In this document: in pieces, positions 9,172-19,111 of the stretch | Layout of the letters: each line of letters opens with the position of its first letter | Numbering within the stretch: position 1 is the stretch's first letter | Assembly: GCA_944376205.1 (NCBI GenBank) | Contig: CALWBV010000006.1 | Location: 7,868-71,867, forward strand | Reading direction: 5' to 3' | Source of the DNA: an uncultured Christensenellaceae bacterium | GTDB lineage: Bacteria > Bacillota > Clostridia > Christensenellales > UBA3700 | DNA: 64,000 nucleotides | Notes under the pieces: model-generated | What the model saw: the letters and a program-made list of their open reading frames with translations, nothing else | What the model was told of the DNA's origin: nothing | The model's database searches: none | Program-made: the position numbers and the translations under genes

Positions 9172-9849
9172 TCAATGCTCATCCGCTAAAATATATTCCT
9201 CTATATTCGTCTTGAGACCTTGAATATCGCTTGCAATTCTCTTTGCTCCGCTTGCGATAAGTTCCTCTTTTGTCCTGAATCCCCAGCTGACGGCTATAAA
9301 CTCCATACCGCAATTTGCGGCAAACTGTACGTCAACTTCGCTATCCCCGACATATATGCATTCTTTTGAATCGAGTCCGTTTTGCTCGCATACTTTGTCG
9401 AATATCGCCTTGTCGGGTTTTGGCGGAATGTCTTCGCAACTTCCGTAAACTCCGTCAAAAAGTTCGCCGTAAAAAGTTTTGATGAGATCTTTTGCCGCAT
9501 CGTCGTATTTATTGGATATGACGAATATTCTTATACCTCGTGCCTTGAGTGACTTTATAAGCTCGATAAGTCCCTCGTAAGGACGTGTTCTTACGGCCTT
9601 GTTTTTGTCGTAATATTCCTTGAAAATCAATCGGCAACTCTCTAAAATTTCCTGATCGTCGCATCTCATGAGATCTCTCAAAAGATTGCGTATTCCGTGA
9701 CCGATCGCTCTTCTGACGTCTTCGAAAGTCTGGGCGGGAAAACCCGATTTTACGAGTGCGTAATTTGCCGCTTCCACAAGATCGGGAAGCGTGTCGAGAA
9801 CTGTTCCGTCCAAATCGAAAAGAATGTTTTTCGCTAGTGTTTTTTCCAT
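9172..9849 (-). CDS. HAD-family hydrolase (phosphoglycolate phosphatase-like)
   Basis: Motif I is ILFDLDGTVLDT and motif IV is YVGDSEVDV. Start set at MEKTLAKN (9849) rather than the ORF start at 9894. Confidence 0.85.
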   Translation of the reverse strand: MEKTLAKNILFDLDGTVLDTLPDLVEAANYALVKSGFPAQTFEDVRRAIGHGIRNLLRDLMRCDDQEILESCRLIFKEYYDKNKAVRTRPYEGLIELIKSLKARGIRIFVISNKYDDAAKDLIKTFYGELFDGVYGSCEDIPPKPDKAIFDKVCEQNGLDSKECIYVGDSEVDVQFAANCGMEFIAVSWGFRTKEELIASGAKRIASDIQGLKTNIEEYILADEH

Positions 9850-10272
9850 AGTAATTTTCCGTGTCAAGCGCAGATCTTTGTATCTCTTACGCATTATTTT
9901 TTATCTTTCTGTTCAATTCATTGTTACACCGCAAAGACGCTGTGTCGCAAGGACCGTTTTATGCCGTTTTTCCCGTGAAATTGCAGGGAAAACGCATATT
10001 TTATGCAGACTCTTTTTAGTGCAGAATACTTTTCTTTACCATATAAATGATATAGCCCTAAAAGGTTTTTGACAAGCGTTTTTAAGCACTTGATAAATCT
10101 GCTTTTATGCCGATAGAAAAAATTTGCATCATACCACTTATTCATGCCATCGGAAAACATAAAAAATCTATATGATTTTCTTGAAAATTTTATTTTGAAA
10201 TTTGCGCCTTTAATTCGCTTATTCTTTTGAAATACTCAAACAAAACTTTTCTCAAAAGACGGTCTTCAACAA

Positions 10273-10298
10273 TAAAAAAGCTCCTTTTCAGGAGCTTA
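10273..10298 (-). terminator. Rho-independent terminator after the PNPOx-like gene
   Basis: The minus strand reads AAGCTCCTGAAAAGGAGCTTTTTTATT. Confidence 0.7.
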
Positions 10299-10308
10299 AA
10301 ATGTTTGT

Positions 10309-10779
10309 TTATTCGTGTGCTTTGCATGACAACTCGTCGACTTCGAGTCTCAATACGGTAACTTTCTCCACGCTCTTTTTATCAAACTTCCAATCGCTTT
10401 GAGACGTATAGTGTCGCATAATGCTTAAAAGCGCATAAACTTTTTCGCTCGTGTCGTCAACAAAATAGACCTTTCCCGTACCTATGACGCTGGAATATCT
10501 CGCAGTATAACCGCATGCCGAAGGCGCTTCTTTGACAGCATAATCGCAATCCAGCTCGAATCCGACGGCATTATCCGACTTGATAATGTCTGTCTTCCTG
10601 CCTTCGCCGGCGCAGTGAAAATAGAATATTTTCTTTCCGTCTGTCTCCTCGTATCCGAAACTCAAAGGCACGATATAGACCTTGCCGTTGTCGTTAAGAC
10701 CGAGTCTCAAACAATCGCACGACATTATGATTTCTTTGATTCTTTTGCAATCGGTTACTTCTCTGTCTTTTCTTCTCAT
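10309..10779 (-). CDS. Pyridoxamine 5'-phosphate oxidase family protein (NimA-like FMN-binding split barrel)
   Basis: 156 aa beginning MRRKDREVTD, the characteristic N-terminus of this family. The length also fits. Confidence 0.75.
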   Translation of the reverse strand: MRRKDREVTDCKRIKEIIMSCDCLRLGLNDNGKVYIVPLSFGYEETDGKKIFYFHCAGEGRKTDIIKSDNAVGFELDCDYAVKEAPSACGYTARYSSVIGTGKVYFVDDTSEKVYALLSIMRHYTSQSDWKFDKKSVEKVTVLRLEVDELSCKAHE

Positions 10780-10789
10780 ACCTTTAATA

Positions 10790-11401
10790 TCAGACGATTC
10801 CGCTGTCGTTGACTATCGCAAACAAAATGCCTTTTTTGACCTCGACAATACAATCCCCGTCCGTAAAAGCGTTGCTTACTCCCAAAGGATAATCGTCAAC
10901 GATTTTTGCGCCGTCAAGATTATACTGTGCGCCTTTTATAGTTACGCCCTCTGCGTCGTCCAAGGCAAACAGTGAAAAAAATCTACCCTTCTCGCCCCGC
11001 AAAACGGCTCTGTCCATTATATAAAAAGCCGTGCAGTCCTTGCCCTTAAACGTAACCTTTATGCCTCGTTTTGCAAAGGAATATCCCGTCTGGATATTTG
11101 CAAGCGTATGGTCGAGTCTTCCGCCTAAAGCACCGTATATCACAAATTCGTCCGCTCCTTTTTCCGCGGCAAATTCCATAGCAAGCTGGGTGTCCGTATA
11201 ATCTTTTACGGGGTTATGGCGAATGACCTCGACCCCCTCGGGAACATATCCCAGCGAATCGAAGTCTCCCACGGCATAGTCGACATGCACACAATCTTTG
11301 ACGTATGCATAGCCGCTGTCTGCCGTCACGAGCACGTCGCCTTTTTGAATACAGAATTTTTCTGCGGCAAATTCACCGCCGCACACAAGAATACATCTCA
11401 T
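10790..11401 (-). CDS. thiN: Thiamine diphosphokinase
   Basis: MRCILVCGGEF...LVTADSGYAY...AVGDFDSLG...LGGRLDHTLANI are TPK catalytic-domain motifs. The gene directly follows the ADH gene (stop 11403). Confidence 0.85.
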   Translation of the reverse strand: MRCILVCGGEFAAEKFCIQKGDVLVTADSGYAYVKDCVHVDYAVGDFDSLGYVPEGVEVIRHNPVKDYTDTQLAMEFAAEKGADEFVIYGALGGRLDHTLANIQTGYSFAKRGIKVTFKGKDCTAFYIMDRAVLRGEKGRFFSLFALDDAEGVTIKGAQYNLDGAKIVDDYPLGVSNAFTDGDCIVEVKKGILFAIVNDSGIV

Positions 11402-11402
11402 A

Positions 11403-12620
11403 TCAACAGGATATTTTGCGGTACATTTCCTCTAATTCTTTTTTGCCCATGAACTTGGGAACGGGATAGAGAGGATTTGCTTCTTTGTATGCTCTCTCAA
11501 CCATAACGGGGATATCTTCTTCTTTGATAATACCTTCGAATTTCTCGGGTATATCCATTTTTTTGTTCATCTCTTTGATTTTGTCGATAAACTTCTGCGC
11601 TTTTTGTGCGTCGCTGTCGCCCTCTGCGCTTATACCCGTGATATCTGCAAGACGGGCAAGTTTTTTATGAGCGCTTTTGCCGTAATATTCGAGTACGTAA
11701 GGGAGAATTACGGAATTTGCGAGTCCGTGCGCCACGTGGTAAAAACCGCCCAACGTATGCGCTATCGCATGCACGTAACCCACATAAGCCCTCGTGAATG
11801 CTACGCCCGCATAATAAGACCCCTTGAGCATGTTTTCTCTCGCCTCCAAATTGCTTCCGTCCTCGTATGCTTTGAGTATATTGTCAAAAATAAGCTTTAC
11901 GGCTTTTTCCGCCATTTCTTTTGTCTGCTTCGTATTGCTCTTGCCTATGTAAGCCTCGACTGCGTGAGTGAGCGCATCTATACCCGTAGTCGCTGTCGTC
12001 TTGGGAGGAAGTCCTACAGTCAAAGAAGCGTCGAGTATAGCGTAATGAGGTATTATGCTGTGATCGTTGATAGCGTATTTCTCGTGCGTTTCGCTGTTGG
12101 AAATAACGGCTGCAAGCGTAGTTTCGCTACCCGTGCCTGCCGTCGTGGGAATGGCTATGAACGTGGGAATTTTCTTGCGGATTTTGAGAAGTCCTTTCAT
12201 CTTGCTGACAGGCTTTTTAGGACGGGCTACTCTCGCTCCTACCACTTTTGCGCAGTCCATAGGCGAACCGCCGCCGAAAGCAACGATACATTCGCAATTG
12301 CCCTGTCGGTATAATTTGAGTGCTTCTTCGACGTTTTCGATAGTGGGATTTGCCACGGTATCGTGATATACGGTACAGTTGATTCCCCTTTCCTTAAGTC
12401 CGTCTATTATCGGCATAGGCGCACCCATCTTGTAAAGGTTGGGTCCTGTGACAAGCAAAACGCTCTTTATGCCCTTTTTCTCTATGAATTGAGGTAAGTC
12501 TTTGATACCGTTGTCGAAATCGAGAAGTTCGGGCTGTCTCCAAGGCAAAAAAGGCGAACAGACGTATATAGCTTTCTGGAAGAATCTGCACCAGCCTTTC
12601 TGAAAAATATTCATAAGCAT
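11403..12620 (-). CDS. Iron-containing (group III) alcohol dehydrogenase
   Basis: AFGGGSPMDCAK and the metal-site region HAIAHTLGGFYHVAHG. Confidence 0.9.
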   Translation of the reverse strand: MLMNIFQKGWCRFFQKAIYVCSPFLPWRQPELLDFDNGIKDLPQFIEKKGIKSVLLVTGPNLYKMGAPMPIIDGLKERGINCTVYHDTVANPTIENVEEALKLYRQGNCECIVAFGGGSPMDCAKVVGARVARPKKPVSKMKGLLKIRKKIPTFIAIPTTAGTGSETTLAAVISNSETHEKYAINDHSIIPHYAILDASLTVGLPPKTTATTGIDALTHAVEAYIGKSNTKQTKEMAEKAVKLIFDNILKAYEDGSNLEARENMLKGSYYAGVAFTRAYVGYVHAIAHTLGGFYHVAHGLANSVILPYVLEYYGKSAHKKLARLADITGISAEGDSDAQKAQKFIDKIKEMNKKMDIPEKFEGIIKEEDIPVMVERAYKEANPLYPVPKFMGKKELEEMYRKISC

Positions 12621-12870
12621 TCCTCTCTTATATTAAAATATCGCTATTATTATATATTATCCGTACTTAATAGTCAATACAAAGCAAACAAACCGCACTC
12701 GCTTCAGCGCAAAACAACTCTCGAAAATATAAAAACACATAACTGCCGACATGTTGAAATCTCAAAAAAACAAAGGCTTCAAACAATTATCCCTACATTA
12801 AGATTCAAAACCGCAATCAAAATTACCAAGACGTGTAAACAAACTTTACGCCTGCAAAAACAAGATTTTA

Positions 12871-13755
12871 TTAAATTTTATCCGTTAAAAAATCGGGGAA
12901 ACTCTCAAAACTCATACTCTCGCCCGTCACGGGATGGGTAAAGCGAAGTCTGAAACTGTGCAAAGCCTGCCTGTCCAAAACTCTGCCGTCTGCAAGAGTC
13001 AAAGGACGGCAATCGGGATTGTAAAGTCTGTCGCAACAAAGAGGATAGCCTATGCTCGCCATATGTACTCTTATCTGATGCGTCCTGCCCGTAACGGGGC
13101 GCATTTTTGCCAGAAAATAACCGTCGTACCGGCGAATAAATTCGTAATAAGTAACGGCCTCGTCTCCCTCTCCTTTTTGCGTGACGTATCTTTTCATTCC
13201 GCCGTCGGCACGGGCTATAGGCGCATCTATGACACCCGTTCTTTCGCCCTTGTATTCGCCGCTGCAAAGCGCAAGATATTCTCTCTCTGTCTTACCCGAA
13301 AGCCTGCTGTGGGCAAGCGAATTTTTTGCAACGGTCATAAGTCCCGAAGTATCTCTGTCGAGTCGGTTGACGGAACGGTAGACAAAATCTCCCCAGACTT
13401 TTGCAAGGCAGTTGACAAGGCTTCTGCCGTAATGGTTTTTGACAGGTATCACCGCAAGAGAAGGGGGCTTGTCTATGACGGCTACGTCCTCGTCTTCGTA
13501 GACGATTTTTATATCTTGGTCATACACGGGAATATGCGGGATCTCGCTGTCCTCGAGATATATGCAAAACTTATCTCCCTTATGTATCTTATCAACAAGC
13601 AACAAAGGATTCTCGATGCCGTTTTGTAAGTGTGCGACAAGTCCCGCCCTTTTTCTCAACGACGTGCGTATGCTCGACGAAACGTCGAGAGATTTGAGTA
13701 TGTCGTCGACGACCCCGTCAAAGGGCGCAACGAATTCTATGCGTCTTGTCTTCAT
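12871..13755 (-). CDS. RluA-family pseudouridine synthase
   Basis: VNRLDRDTSGLM (catalytic Asp motif) and TGRTHQIRVHM. Start set at the ATG that overlaps the upstream stop as ATGA (13752-13755). Confidence 0.9.
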   Translation of the reverse strand: MKTRRIEFVAPFDGVVDDILKSLDVSSSIRTSLRKRAGLVAHLQNGIENPLLLVDKIHKGDKFCIYLEDSEIPHIPVYDQDIKIVYEDEDVAVIDKPPSLAVIPVKNHYGRSLVNCLAKVWGDFVYRSVNRLDRDTSGLMTVAKNSLAHSRLSGKTEREYLALCSGEYKGERTGVIDAPIARADGGMKRYVTQKGEGDEAVTYYEFIRRYDGYFLAKMRPVTGRTHQIRVHMASIGYPLCCDRLYNPDCRPLTLADGRVLDRQALHSFRLRFTHPVTGESMSFESFPDFLTDKI

Positions 13756-14063
13756 AGTCCCTCTTGCCATTGATATTTTTTGAGATCGACTGTATAATTC
13801 TCATCGCATTCCACGCCTTCGGCTTTGAGAAGTTGAGCCTGTATGTCTATGCCGCCGAATGCAAAAGCAGGCGCAAGACGTCCCTCTCTGTTGACAACTC
13901 TGTGGCAAGGGATAATTCCCGGCAAAGGGTTGAAATGCAAAGCATACCCTACCGCTCTCGACGCCTTTGGCGAACATAAAAGTTTTGCTATCTGTCCGTA
14001 AGTCGCCACTTTGCCTTTGGGAATGTTTTTCACTACGCTGTAAACTTCGTCATAAAAACTCAT
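13752..14063 (-). CDS. MGMT-family protein (methylated-DNA-protein-cysteine methyltransferase DNA-binding/active-site domain only)
   Basis: 103 aa with KGKVATYGQIA and the PCHRVV active-site motif. Confidence 0.85.
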   Translation of the reverse strand: MSFYDEVYSVVKNIPKGKVATYGQIAKLLCSPKASRAVGYALHFNPLPGIIPCHRVVNREGRLAPAFAFGGIDIQAQLLKAEGVECDENYTVDLKKYQWQEGL

Positions 14064-14301
14064 ACGTCCTCCGCCTTTTATTGCTCCGTGCTTGAAAAAA
14101 ACACATCGTCAAACTCGGTATTTTATGTAAATTCGTCTTTTCAGACGGCTTTTGCAGCCGTCGTCTATATTATACCTCACCCCTATTGAAAATCCAAAGC
14201 CTTTGAGCATAGAATATACTGTTTTTTTATGTGCCCTCACGCATAATGTCTGACATGCAATCCTCATATATTTTTTATCAACTGTGTTATTATCATTATC
14301 A

Positions 14302-15219
14302 TCAATGCAAGTAGGGCGCCAAAATCTCGTCTAAAGAAAGTTTTGTTGCGTCTCTGTTCAGACGCTTGAGCAGATACAAATCGTCGGGAGAGGATATACG
14401 GTTGATACCTTCGTTGCAAGTCAGAGTCATCTTCACTCCTTTCTGTTTGAGCACCCTTTCGCTAATAGCGTTGTATTTGCCGTAAGGATAGGCATATATC
14501 TGTCTGAAGTTGCCCTTTACCCCTGCGTTGTCAAGCGCTTCTATCAGCCTGTCGGTATCTTTTGCAAAAATATCCGTGTATTCCTTGTCGCTCTCGCTTT
14601 TAAGCTGCGCTACGCCCAATCTCGGGCGCAAATTATGCATGGAATACGAGTGCAGTCCTATCTCTATATTTTCGCTTTCGCTTGCCTTCTTTATCTCCTG
14701 CCAGCCGAGATATACGAAATCGCCGCCGACTTTGGGATTGTTTTTGTCAAGCAAAGTATAATCTCCCACCACCGAGAAAAGCGCCGAATATCCGTACTTT
14801 TCGAGAAGGGGCAGCGCATAGCGGACATTGTTGAGATAGCCGTCGTCGAAAGTTATCATCACAGCTTTTTGCGGCAGGGGGTTGCCTGCATTTACGCTGT
14901 CTATTACCTGTTGGCAACTCACAACGTTGTAACCGTGATTTTTAAGATATTCGAAATCTCTGTCAAGTGCGTCTTCGCCTATACAATAAGTGCTTTCTTT
15001 TTTACCTTTTTTCAAAACGTTGTGATACATCAGTACTGTAAGAGTATCTCCGTCAATGCTTTCTTTGGACGCATTTACCGCCTGTGTAGTCGCTATTTCC
15101 CGTGAAAATCCGCTATAAGAAATTCCCGCTCTTAAAACAATAACGGCACTTACCGCCGACATAAACAACATAAAAAACAAAACAACCGCTTTTGTTCTTA
15201 ATCTGTAAAATCTTTCCAT
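14302..15219 (-). CDS. Polysaccharide deacetylase family protein (NodB domain) with N-terminal TM anchor
   Basis: VMITFDDGY motif and the later LHSYSMHN motif. Start set at MERFYRLRTKAVVLFFMLFM. Confidence 0.85.
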   Translation of the reverse strand: MERFYRLRTKAVVLFFMLFMSAVSAVIVLRAGISYSGFSREIATTQAVNASKESIDGDTLTVLMYHNVLKKGKKESTYCIGEDALDRDFEYLKNHGYNVVSCQQVIDSVNAGNPLPQKAVMITFDDGYLNNVRYALPLLEKYGYSALFSVVGDYTLLDKNNPKVGGDFVYLGWQEIKKASESENIEIGLHSYSMHNLRPRLGVAQLKSESDKEYTDIFAKDTDRLIEALDNAGVKGNFRQIYAYPYGKYNAISERVLKQKGVKMTLTCNEGINRISSPDDLYLLKRLNRDATKLSLDEILAPYLH

Positions 15220-15492
15220 ATCACACCTTGCAATTAGTGTGTATGTTATTTTTATTTTTATCCGCTTGAAATCCGTTTGACAAAAAGATATTTTCACTCC
15301 CCGAAAAGACGGCTTTTTTACCTTTATCGCACAATTACCGCCTTAAAATAATTTTCGCAAATTTTGTAATTATGCAGAATTTGTTTTCTGTATATCGTAA
15401 TCGGAACAAATACTTTGTCGTAAGCAAAAAGACCGCCCCGAGCGGAGTAAACCGCAAGAGACAGTCTTTTTCTCAATGCTTTTCAAGCCGCA

Positions 15493-16128
15493 TTATCCTT
15501 TGTCAATCCTCTTTATCTTATACCCGTCGATTTCTTGAGGAAGTACCATCTCGTCGATGTCATAACTTCCCGAATAAGAAATTATGTCTGCCGTGTTGTC
15601 TTTGAACAAGGCATACTCATACGTTTCGTCTGCCAGAGTCTTTTCGAAATTATATCTTACTTCCGTAGTGTATAAAACACTGTTGAGCCAGTCTTCTTCG
15701 AAAGTAACGCTCTTTTCTTCGCTCTCTAAAAAAACCTTGCATTTGTCGTATTCGAGACGTATTGCGTTGGTGCAAATATATTTTACACTGTCAGGAATAA
15801 TTATTTTTTGGCAATAATAACCGATGTCGAAAGCCGCAGATACTATACCGATAACGGGATACTGTGCGTTGTTATGCTCGACGACTTCGGGCAATACCAA
15901 TTCTCCTTCGTTTCCGCTATATGTTATGATTACTGCACTTTTTCCGTCTATGCCGAATATGTAGTCGCCTTGTTCGACAAACGTCATGTTTTCGGCATTA
16001 AAATTTCCTCCCATGTCTCCGATATCGTATTCGCTGTCATCTCCGCCTAAATCGCATCCGACAATAAATATACACAATATGCCGATAAGCAAAACCGCTG
16101 CAAAAAAACCGAATATTTTCTTATTCAT
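15493..16128 (-). CDS. Lipoprotein with BspA-type leucine-rich-repeat fragments
   Basis: Signal peptide plus lipobox MNKKIFGFFAAVLLIGILCIFIVGC. It contains repeated LVLPE..../MVLPQEIDGYKIKRI segments of the kind seen in LRR_5 surface proteins. It is short for the family. Confidence 0.6.
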   Translation of the reverse strand: MNKKIFGFFAAVLLIGILCIFIVGCDLGGDDSEYDIGDMGGNFNAENMTFVEQGDYIFGIDGKSAVIITYSGNEGELVLPEVVEHNNAQYPVIGIVSAAFDIGYYCQKIIIPDSVKYICTNAIRLEYDKCKVFLESEEKSVTFEEDWLNSVLYTTEVRYNFEKTLADETYEYALFKDNTADIISYSGSYDIDEMVLPQEIDGYKIKRIDKG

Positions 16129-16510
16129 AGAATTCTCCTTTTACCCCTTTTATATCTAATTCGATTGACAATGTCGGATTATTTCATATTTTTTTCTTAT
16201 ATTTTTATTTGATTTCGACACACTGAATTTGTATTCCCTATGTATTCCGTATAAACACGTAAACACGCATGCAATTCTCGCATATGTTTATAAATAAAAA
16301 TCAATCATATTATACCACCCCGGGCACGGGCAGTCAATTCTCGTCTTTACATCAAAAAACGCCCGAGATGCTCTCCCGGGAGTTTTGTATATATCGTATT
16401 TTGTTTTTACGAATCGAAAATTTATATTTGTATCAAATTTTATAAATGCTTTATTAAAAATCAATTGAATTCAGCCACCACGCATATTTTATCGAAGGTT
16501 TATATCGTTA

Positions 16511-17209
16511 TCATATCTGCGTTTGCGCACTGACTACCTCGCTTATCTTCTGACACAGATATGTGCAGAATTTGTCGTCAAGCAACAGTTTTTCGTCCTC
16601 TCTGTTGGATATGAATCCGCACTCCACGATAATTGACGGAACAGGAGCGCATTTTGTGATATACAGATCTCCTGCGATTGCCTCGTAATCGTCTCTGCCG
16701 CTATACACGGCATTTACGCTTTCGTTGAGATGTTCCTGCATGGCAACCGCAAAATCCTTGCCTCTCAACGTGTCGTCGTAAAAAACCTGTACTCCCCTTC
16801 TCGAACTGTCCGAAAATCTGTTGACGTGCAGACTTATCACTGCTATCGGCGCAGCGGCAAGGATTATCTCCTTGCGTTTTTGCATGTCTATTCTTTTGAC
16901 GTTGCTCAAAGCATTCTCATCCTCTCTCGTCATTACGACTTTGAAATTCTGCGACGTCAGTTCCTCTCTCAATATCTTGGCAAGTTTGAGATTTATGTCG
17001 CTTTCTTTCACGCCTGCCGACCCTACTACTCCGCCGTCGATACCTCCGTGTCCCGCATCGACGACTATCGTACCGCTGAAAAACTCGTCCTTGCCCGTAT
17101 ACACTGCGTGCGCAACCGTACCCGCACACGCAATTATGCAGAAAACGGGAATGAAAATACACAATAATGCGATAATTATAGATTTTTTGGAGACAACTTT
17201 AATTTTCAT
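16511..17209 (-). CDS. cwlD: N-acetylmuramoyl-L-alanine amidase, CwlD-like (germination-specific type)
   Basis: N-terminal TM segment followed by IVVDAGHGGIDGG, ISLHVN and ECGFISN motifs. The size (232 aa) and architecture match CwlD. Confidence 0.7.
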   Translation of the reverse strand: MKIKVVSKKSIIIALLCIFIPVFCIIACAGTVAHAVYTGKDEFFSGTIVVDAGHGGIDGGVVGSAGVKESDINLKLAKILREELTSQNFKVVMTREDENALSNVKRIDMQKRKEIILAAAPIAVISLHVNRFSDSSRRGVQVFYDDTLRGKDFAVAMQEHLNESVNAVYSGRDDYEAIAGDLYITKCAPVPSIIVECGFISNREDEKLLLDDKFCTYLCQKISEVVSAQTQI

Positions 17210-17271
17210 AATTTTAAGTTAAACCTTCGTCAAACCCCTCAATCTTGACCAAAACTGCTCATTAGGCGCAC

Positions 17272-17315
17272 TTATCCACAGAGTTATCCACAAAAACACT
17301 TGTTCGTGTGGATAA
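17272..17315. promoter_or_regulatory. Cluster of three perfect DnaA boxes
   Basis: TTATCCACA at 17272-17280 and 17284-17292. TGTGGATAA (inverted) at 17307-17315. An imperfect TTATCCCTT lies about 17331. Confidence 0.75.
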
Positions 17316-17392
17316 CTCGCACGCCCTTTTATCCCTTCAATTCTATGTATATGTTGTCGATTCAGCCAATATTCTCCTGTTTTTTACCCTCA

Positions 17393-17421
17393 TTGACAAC
17401 CGTTAAAGTCTGTATTATAAT
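17393..17421 (+). promoter_or_regulatory. Sigma-A type promoter for the GH20 gene
   Basis: TTGACA, 17-nt spacer, TATAAT. Confidence 0.65.
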
Positions 17422-17479
17422 GTTTATGGACAATTGAGGAAACAGCTTGACTGTTTTTTTGCTTAAAAGGAGAATTTCA

Positions 17480-19081
17480 GTGAACATTATACCTTCCCCC
17501 CTTTCCTGCGAATGTAAAGAAGGCGCTCTCCGCGTCGAAAAATTTACACTCTCGCAGGACGATTATGTCAATGATTTGCAGCGTCTTAACGCAAAGATTG
17601 AATTGAGCCCCGAATTTTTTGTAGGTCCCGACTCGACAGACCCCAAACAAAACGAAGCTTACGCTTTGGAGATAAACAAAGACGGCATCTTTATCAAGGC
17701 TCGCTCGCAAGCGGGAGTTTTTTACGCTTATACCACGCTATCTCAACTCATTGCCAATTACTCTTGCGATATACCCTATTGCTCGATAGAGGATAAACCC
17801 CGTTTTGAGTACAGAGGTTTTATGCTCGACGTGGGAAGATACTTCATGCCCGTGGACAACATAAAAAATCTCATAAGACTGTGCGCTATGCACAAAATCA
17901 ACAAATTCCGTCTGCATATCACCGAAGATCAGGGCTGGCGAATGGAAATAAAAAAATATCCTCTTCTGACACTCAAGGGCAGTATAAGAAAGGGTACGAA
18001 TTTTTCGCACAAACAACACAGCGGCTTTTATACGCAGGCACAAATCCGCCAGCTCGTGGAGTATTGCAGAAATTTCAATATCGAACTCATACCCGAAATC
18101 GATATGCCGGGTCATTCCCGTGCCGCTATTGCGTGCTATCCCTACCTCGGATGCTTTGACAGAGACCTTCCCGTCGCTACGCATTGGGGCGTAAAACACG
18201 ATATTCTCTGCGCAGGCAAGGAAAGCACTTACGAATTTGTAAAAAACGTCCTTGACGAAGTGTGCGAAGTCTTCGACAGCCGCTATGTGCATATAGGCGG
18301 AGACGAAGCACCCAAACTGCGTTGGGAAATATGCCCTCACTGCCAGAAAAAAATGGCAGAAGAAGGTCTTCAAAACGAAGAACAGCTTCAGTCCTACTTT
18401 GTCAACCGCCTTGCAGAGTACTTGCACTCAAAAGGCAAAGAAGTCATGATGTGGAATGAGTTTTCTCCCACTTTCATGACAGATAAAAGTATCGTACGTC
18501 AATTCTGGTCAAATCCCTCAAAAGACCAGACTGCCATTCAAGACGAGTTGAGACAAGGACTTAAATACGTCAATTCGGACGCAAACTGTTGTTATCTCGA
18601 TTTGCCCGAAAAAAACGTTACTCTCAAAAAAGGATATTTCTTCAATCCTGTCGTCGAAGGTGCGGAAAACGGTATACTCGGCATAGAAGCATGTCTTTGG
18701 AGCGAATACGTCCCCGACTATAAAAAAGCCGTCAGACTTACTCTTCCCCGACTTTGCGCACTCGGCGAAAACATGTGGACTGACATTCCCTCGGATAAAA
18801 AGAATTACGACGACTTCCTGCAAAGACTCGACGTACATTCCGCTTATCTTAAGAACAACGGATATAAAGTCAGCGATTATTCCGAATCACCTACCCACAA
18901 GATTAAAAAATTCTTTGAATGGATATGGTTCAACCGCCGTCCTCTGCATTGGGAAGGACTACACAACGCCGTCGATAACGCACATGTAAAACGAACTTAC
19001 GGCAAAAAATACAAAAAAATCATAGCCGATATAAAAGCCGACGTCGACAAAAATACCTCAGACAAGAGTGACTTACAATAG
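17480..19081 (+). CDS. Beta-N-acetylhexosaminidase (GH20)
   Basis: RGFMLDVGRYF, IDMPGHSRA and HIGGDEAP motifs. Start set to the GTG at 17480, 7 nt after AAGGAGA. The ORF track starts at 17447. Confidence 0.9.
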   Translation: MNIIPSPLSCECKEGALRVEKFTLSQDDYVNDLQRLNAKIELSPEFFVGPDSTDPKQNEAYALEINKDGIFIKARSQAGVFYAYTTLSQLIANYSCDIPYCSIEDKPRFEYRGFMLDVGRYFMPVDNIKNLIRLCAMHKINKFRLHITEDQGWRMEIKKYPLLTLKGSIRKGTNFSHKQHSGFYTQAQIRQLVEYCRNFNIELIPEIDMPGHSRAAIACYPYLGCFDRDLPVATHWGVKHDILCAGKESTYEFVKNVLDEVCEVFDSRYVHIGGDEAPKLRWEICPHCQKKMAEEGLQNEEQLQSYFVNRLAEYLHSKGKEVMMWNEFSPTFMTDKSIVRQFWSNPSKDQTAIQDELRQGLKYVNSDANCCYLDLPEKNVTLKKGYFFNPVVEGAENGILGIEACLWSEYVPDYKKAVRLTLPRLCALGENMWTDIPSDKKNYDDFLQRLDVHSAYLKNNGYKVSDYSESPTHKIKKFFEWIWFNRRPLHWEGLHNAVDNAHVKRTYGKKYKKIIADIKADVDKNTSDKSDLQ

Positions 19082-19111
19082 CCCGTTACCTTGCAACAAA
19101 ATCTGTACTTT

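Noticed and set aside
17272-17315. Possibility that the DnaA-box trio marks oriC
   Set aside because: No dnaA, dnaN or rpmH lies nearby. I saw only three or four boxes and no obvious AT-rich unwinding element next to them. I kept it as a DnaA-box cluster or regulatory-site finding instead.
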